Positions 59,055 to 64,000 of a DNA stretch of 64,000 nt are shown one piece after another. Position 1 is the stretch's first letter. Each line of letters begins with the position of its first letter. The notes beneath the pieces are model-generated. The model was given only the letters and a program-made list of their open reading frames with translations, searched no databases and had not been told where the DNA came from. The translations under genes were made by a program, and so were the position numbers. The stretch spans positions 62,001 to 126,000 of the forward strand of contig LSRY02000064.1 of assembly GCA_001643675.2 (NCBI GenBank), read 5' to 3'. This DNA comes from Monocercomonoides exilis PA203. Its lineage: Eukaryota; Protista; Preaxostyla.

Positions 59055-61988
59055 TCACACTCCCTGCCACCCGTTGTTTGGATGTGGTCCAAGCACAACA
59101 GTCATATTGCCTCCTTTCTTCATCAGTGAGGTGTCAATTGTTGGCTGAGTCCAATTCTGCTCATTGACAGATACACTCTGAATGTAGTGGTTTGTCCTGT
59201 CCTTCAGATTCTGTGCTGCAATCACAAAAGTCGACGCATTCTCTCTTTTCTTGCTATTTTCATTGGTATTTTGCTGTTCATTTCTGCTTCCTTCCTCAAA
59301 AGTGATGGTAACTTTCTCAAACAGCGGGGCTGTTATATCCATGTCAACTGCTCCTCTTTCCCTCCCTTTTTCTCCGAGGCCAATGAGCGTACTGACACAC
59401 GGGGCAAACACAGAAGGAGAGTTGTATGAGCTCCAAAGACCCATCAGATCATTGCGATACGTCCGACGCAGCCGCCTTCGCAGTTGGCGCTGTGACTGTG
59501 CAGCAAGGCGGGAAAAGAGGAAAGATGATGATGAGGAGGAGGAAGATGATGATGAATCAGAAGAAGAAGAAGAAGATGATGATGATGAAGCATTTTCTTT
59601 GCCTTTTCTTTCAGCTGAAGAAAACATTGTTTCAGGCAAGTCGAGCAAAGAAGCAAATACGAGTGGGATAACCTTATGCTGTGCGTCATATCCAATTTGC
59701 CCTCCCTTCGGTGAATACAAAGGACGATACGTGTCTCTTCTCTCTTCTCTCTTCTCTGCTTTTTCTGCTTCGTTGACAGGAAATCCCATCTCATTAGCCT
59801 GCTTTCTCCTTTTCTCCCTCAGCTCCTCTTCAGACACCCACTGCCTTCTCCACTCCTCCTCAAAGAAGAAGGGCAGCATCGGGTCTAAAGGCGGGTTGTT
59901 TATCAGCGCCATCACTTCTTCGCTCAGCTCGGCAGCAGAACCAAACAGAAGTGGAGCGAATTTTGTGATGTTGCTGTTGGAGAGAAGTCGAAGTGTGTTG
60001 AACATCTGCTGCTTCCGAAGCTCCCTCTTGTCGTTGAAGAAGAACGAAGGCTTCAGCGAAAATGTCTGTGTGGCTCCATTTCCTTGTTCTTTCTGCTCTT
60101 TCTGCTCTTTCTGTTCTCCATTTGCCTTTGCATTTACATTTGCTTTCGCTTTTGCTTCTGCTTTCTGCTTCTCTGTCTGCACCATTCTTCTCACATCCTC
60201 TCCAATCAGCGCTTTCCCGTTCTTCACAACAGAAACAAGGCTCTCCTCAAAGCTACGGACTTCTTTCTCGTTTCTCAGAACTCCCTTTGCTGAGTTCATA
60301 GCATTCGACATTTTTTTGCTTTTTGCTTCGTTCAATTCAGAAGTCTGTTTGTCATTTATCTCATTCGCTTTGCTGTATGATAGAAGCGCTCTGCTCATTT
60401 CCAGCAAGTTGTCTTCGTCTATAAGCATCTGCATCGCTTCTTCAACCTCTGACAACTTCATCAGCTCTGCTTCTTCTTCTCTCCACGCCTCATCATCTTC
60501 AGCAGCATTTTCTCCTTTTGCATTTGAATTGCTCTGCTCCACTCTTTTTTCAATCTCTCTGCTTAATTCCATCTTTTGGCTCAATTCGCTCCATCTCGTT
60601 TTAATTCCGTTTATTTCATTTCCATTTGCATCCCCCCTTTGCATCCCATGCTTCTTCATGTCACTGAGCCATGCCATCAATTCAACTGCTCTTTCAATTG
60701 GAATATCTTTCTCTTCATTTCTGTCTGCTTCTTCTTTCTTGTTGTTTCCTTCGCTCTTCAGATACGTCCATACTGCCTCTGTCCATCCTCTGCTTCTCGT
60801 AATAAGGTCATTCATTTCTTTTTCTATCTCTTCCTTTTCTTCATCTCCGTTTGCTTGCTGCATTTCCCACTTATCCTTTGCCTTCTCCACATCTGCCAAC
60901 ATCCCCTTTATCACTTTCCTTTCCGTACTTCTGTCGATCAGCCCACGAAGATGATGCAGTCTCCATTCTTCTATCTTTCTATCGCCTTCAATGCTGCTGT
61001 CTTCTGTATTGTCGTTTGATCCCCCATTTGAAGTGTCAAATCGATTGCTGCCTGCAATATCATCTACACTTGTAATCAATTCGTCTTCATTCTTCTCACC
61101 ATCATTGCACTCGCTTTCATCGATAAGATCATCATAAGTCCGATACAATGCAGTATAAAACAATTGCTGATCATCAAAATTTCCGCCTTCCACCTTCACA
61201 TGGCCCAATATCTTGTTCCACTCGGCTTTTGCAATTTCAGAAACACTTTTCCAATCCCATGAATAGAGTTCCTCTGTCGCATGCTTATTGGCCAATGCTA
61301 TATTCTGAAAAGACATTGCATACCGAAACTTCACAACTTTTGTTCCCTTTGAAAACGAAAAAGTTATTGATCGATCATTGTTTTGCTTTGATTCATTTGG
61401 CTGAGGATTTGTATCCAAAAAAAAGTACATTTGCTTTTTAAAACGCATTTCTCCTGATATCTGATTATTTTTTAATTGCAACGTAGGGCCATTGGAGAAA
61501 ATAGTTATATGATTTGGTCCATCATTTTCAAATACCACTTCATATATCCCTCCGTGTTTTGAAGGAGCGAAAAAGGCGTCAACGCCAATTTCTTCCAAAA
61601 ATATGGAATACTTGTATGGTAGTGCCTTTTCAACATCATACATATAATTAACAACAGATGACGGAATTGCTGAATCTCCTGAATGAGGGCAAAAAAGAAA
61701 CGTGTTCTGTTGCTGCATTCCGAAAAATCCCATTGGAACCCCATGAATAAGAACACTCGAAAAATCTTCTCTTTCAGGTCGAACTTTAATAAGCCCATTT
61801 GGAAAATGTGTTATTGGATAAGTTGGAATGCTGACCTTTGGTGAAATAAGACTTCCCAAATACGGATTGACCAAATCTACTGGAGAAAAATCATTTGATG
61901 ATAAATGATTTTCACTGCTAATACTTTTTGTAATAAACTGAAATGCAGTTAAGAAAATAAAAGCAATCATTGATTGATCTTTGAACAT
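59055..61988 (-). CDS. GH92 (alpha-1,2-mannosidase)-derived protein, probably secreted and catalytically inactive
   Basis: Signal-like N-terminus; VDLVNPYLG..PTYP..PNG; WNKILGHVKVEGG..FYTALYRTY; YRNDLMG; APLFEKVTI; NHYIQSVSVN..GGNMTVVLGPHPN..W. The usual GDED/GNEP-type acidic motifs are absent. Confidence 0.85.
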   Translation of the reverse strand: MFKDQSMIAFIFLTAFQFITKSISSENHLSSNDFSPVDLVNPYLGSLISPKVSIPTYPITHFPNGLIKVRPEREDFSSVLIHGVPMGFFGMQQQNTFLFCPHSGDSAIPSSVVNYMYDVEKALPYKYSIFLEEIGVDAFFAPSKHGGIYEVVFENDGPNHITIFSNGPTLQLKNNQISGEMRFKKQMYFFLDTNPQPNESKQNNDRSITFSFSKGTKVVKFRYAMSFQNIALANKHATEELYSWDWKSVSEIAKAEWNKILGHVKVEGGNFDDQQLFYTALYRTYDDLIDESECNDGEKNEDELITSVDDIAGSNRFDTSNGGSNDNTEDSSIEGDRKIEEWRLHHLRGLIDRSTERKVIKGMLADVEKAKDKWEMQQANGDEEKEEIEKEMNDLITRSRGWTEAVWTYLKSEGNNKKEEADRNEEKDIPIERAVELMAWLSDMKKHGMQRGDANGNEINGIKTRWSELSQKMELSREIEKRVEQSNSNAKGENAAEDDEAWREEEAELMKLSEVEEAMQMLIDEDNLLEMSRALLSYSKANEINDKQTSELNEAKSKKMSNAMNSAKGVLRNEKEVRSFEESLVSVVKNGKALIGEDVRRMVQTEKQKAEAKAKANVNAKANGEQKEQKEQKEQGNGATQTFSLKPSFFFNDKRELRKQQMFNTLRLLSNSNITKFAPLLFGSAAELSEEVMALINNPPLDPMLPFFFEEEWRRQWVSEEELREKRRKQANEMGFPVNEAEKAEKREERRDTYRPLYSPKGGQIGYDAQHKVIPLVFASLLDLPETMFSSAERKGKENASSSSSSSSSSDSSSSSSSSSSSFLFSRLAAQSQRQLRRRLRRTYRNDLMGLWSSYNSPSVFAPCVSTLIGLGEKGRERGAVDMDITAPLFEKVTITFEEGSRNEQQNTNENSKKRENASTFVIAAQNLKDRTNHYIQSVSVNEQNWTQPTIDTSLMKKGGNMTVVLGPHPNNGWQGV

Positions 61989-62587
61989 AATTTATTATAT
62001 CAATTGTCAAAGAAATCAAATATGTTCGAGAAGAAAACATTCAAAACAAAATTTGCGCGTATAAAAAACAACATGGCATTATTGAACTCTTTGAAAAAAC
62101 AAAATGTTGTCTGAAGCGGAAAAATCATTTCATTGTTTTCATTAAAATGAATAATTCATCAAATATATTCATTTGATGAAACTGATAGTTTACTATTACG
62201 CAAGTTCATTGCTGTGATGTCATTGACGAGATATGCATCTAATATTAAATTTTTGTTATTTTCATTTGGAAGAAAAAAAGTCCTTTCAAATTTAACGCAT
62301 TAAACATAAACGAAAGGATGAATATTTTTTCTTAGCTTTTCTTTACATGCTTTTAATATATATAAAATCATTATTCAATATGTATCGAGCACGAAAAATG
62401 AATTGTTCCACTTCACATTCATTCGAAAACAAAATGGGGAAAAAAAATTGAAATAAGAAATTTATGGATTCATTCTCAGTTCTTTTTTGATGTTGAAATG
62501 CAAACTTTGATGTTTTTGTATCTTTTTCAGAATTATCAATGTTTTGATGAATTCTCCCAATATAAAAATTTCTTTTATTTTCATTGC

Positions 62588-64000
62588 ATGCAGAGCAAAG
62601 CTCATGAAGAAATATCTATCCGAAAAAATCGCACAACTGTAAAAACTTTTGATCAATCATTGGATATATTTCTTCGAGCTGGATATTCTAAAAAACATGA
62701 AATAACAACAAAATTACTTCCTATCGCATTTGTGCCTTCAGAACCTAATGTGCTGAACGAACGAATAAGTATTTCGAAGGTCTGCTTTTTCAAAATTATC
62801 GAGATATTTTATAAAAGTTTAATTCAACAAATTTTAAGAAACGCATAACAAAGCAATTATTTGATGCTTATTTGAAAAAGTCGGAGTTAGTGACTGAAAG
62901 GTTTCGAAAATCCGCAGAAACTTGTAGCATCCTTTCAAAGAAGCACATGCTTTTTGCTACTGCTTCTTTGATATCCTCTAGACCATTTAACCCATCTCAT
63001 ATTCAATCATTATTGAGAGATCTGTGCAGATTGGAAGTCTATTTCCTTGAAACTTCTTCATTATTTTTTAATTCTGCAGCATATTTTTTGGAAAGCAAAT
63101 ACCAAACGCTTAAGAGCTTTGAGCAGCGGAAAAATGATTTGCCATTAGCAAGGATTTGTATCGATCCGCTTTTTGATTGTCAATCAGACAAACTTTTGCG
63201 AAGTTATTTCCGCCAAATAATCGGAATACGCCATAAATGCTATGTTATTGAACGCTCTGTAACAGAATGGACGAGAACTGTTGCAGAAGCATCATATAAC
63301 ATCCGAGCGATGCATTTGAGTCATCTAATAATGCAGAGTCAGCTACATCCTCAAGCAAGTTATTCCTCTCCTCAACAGGATCGACAGAATTCTCATCGTC
63401 AATCCGTTCTGAAGATCTCAAATTTCATATTGGATTCACTTCCAAAAGTTGAAAAGAATAATGTGAAGACTGAGAATTCATTATCAGTTTCAACTTCTTC
63501 TGCAAATTCCTTCTCTTCCGCAAATTCTTCTGCATTTGGGTCTGACTTGCCTCGTTCAGTTTCTTCGCCTTCATTTTTGCGGTCTGGCAGCTTTTTCCCG
63601 TCTGTTGAAGATTCAGCTGCAGCAGGAATGAGGAAGATTTTGATGGATGATCGCTTTGAAGAGGGAAAGAAGATAAGGCAGTGGGTGAAAGAGCAGCTGA
63701 AGGGAGAGGATAGAGAAAGAACATCAGAAGAAGAAACACAAAAGAACAAAAGAACATTTTGTGAAATAAATGAAAGTGAAAGAGAAAAAGGAATAACAAC
63801 TAAGAAGGAATTTAACTCTTCACAAGAAAAGAATTTATCATCTTTGCGATTAAATTCTTTGTATTCGTTGATTTCTTCTCTTTCTGATGAAATAATAGAC
63901 ACTCTCTTGAAACCACTCTCACTTAAACTGCCTCCTTTGATGAAATCTGCTGCCATTGATACCAAAAGTACCATAGAAAACATTGAAAATGATAAAGCTA
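62588..64000 (+). CDS. Uncharacterised gene, 3' end outside the window
   Basis: Exon MQSKAHEE..ISK, GT..AG intron about 62780-62880, then a stop-free frame from 62881 to the window end; start codon uncertain. Confidence 0.6.

Noticed and set aside
59251-60954. 567-aa antisense ORF, and many similar antisense or alternative-frame ORFs inside large genes
   Set aside because: Shadow frames of low-complexity Glu/Lys/Ser coding sequence, which rarely yields stops.
1-64000. CRISPR array, rRNA or prokaryotic operon
   Set aside because: No regularly spaced repeats or rRNA motifs; spliceosomal introns show the DNA is eukaryotic.

Overview
AT-rich, gene-dense eukaryotic DNA with many short (about 40-250 nt) GT-AG introns. 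The standard genetic code appears to be used (TAA/TAG/TGA end the conserved genes). The expanded Cys-rich surface-protein family with a kinase-like tail, poly-Ser microsatellite tracts and GTTTG donors point to an oxymonad such as Monocercomonoides (inference, not confirmed). Recognisable genes: RNF10/Mag2-like RING ligase, dual-specificity phosphatase, Dim1/TXNL4A, MyTH4-RhoGAP, SAPS/PP6R, RPS12, a class I methyltransferase, Vps23/TSG101, RPL23A (missed by the ORF track), tRNA-Arg(UCG), an RI-like LRR protein, RAB5IF/OPTI, ERGIC3/Erv46, a Ras-family GTPase and a bacterial-type GH92 lacking its catalytic motifs. Non-genic structure: a frameshifted, intron-containing pogo-like transposase at the left edge and at least five families of 240-450 bp foldback/MITE-like elements. 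These cluster at 7.5-8.9 kb, 27.3-27.8 kb and 36.6-38.9 kb; one insertion is nested and one element carries telomere-like repeats. Two paralogous giant membrane proteins diverged in opposite ways: one has a broken kinase-like tail, the other is inflated to about 3700 aa by TCT/GAA repeats. I found no unambiguous new multi-gene system. The best candidates are the pogo/MITE set, the dead bacterial GH92, the +4T splice-donor signature and the TGACGTA bidirectional promoter between two ER genes. Exon boundaries were read by eye.
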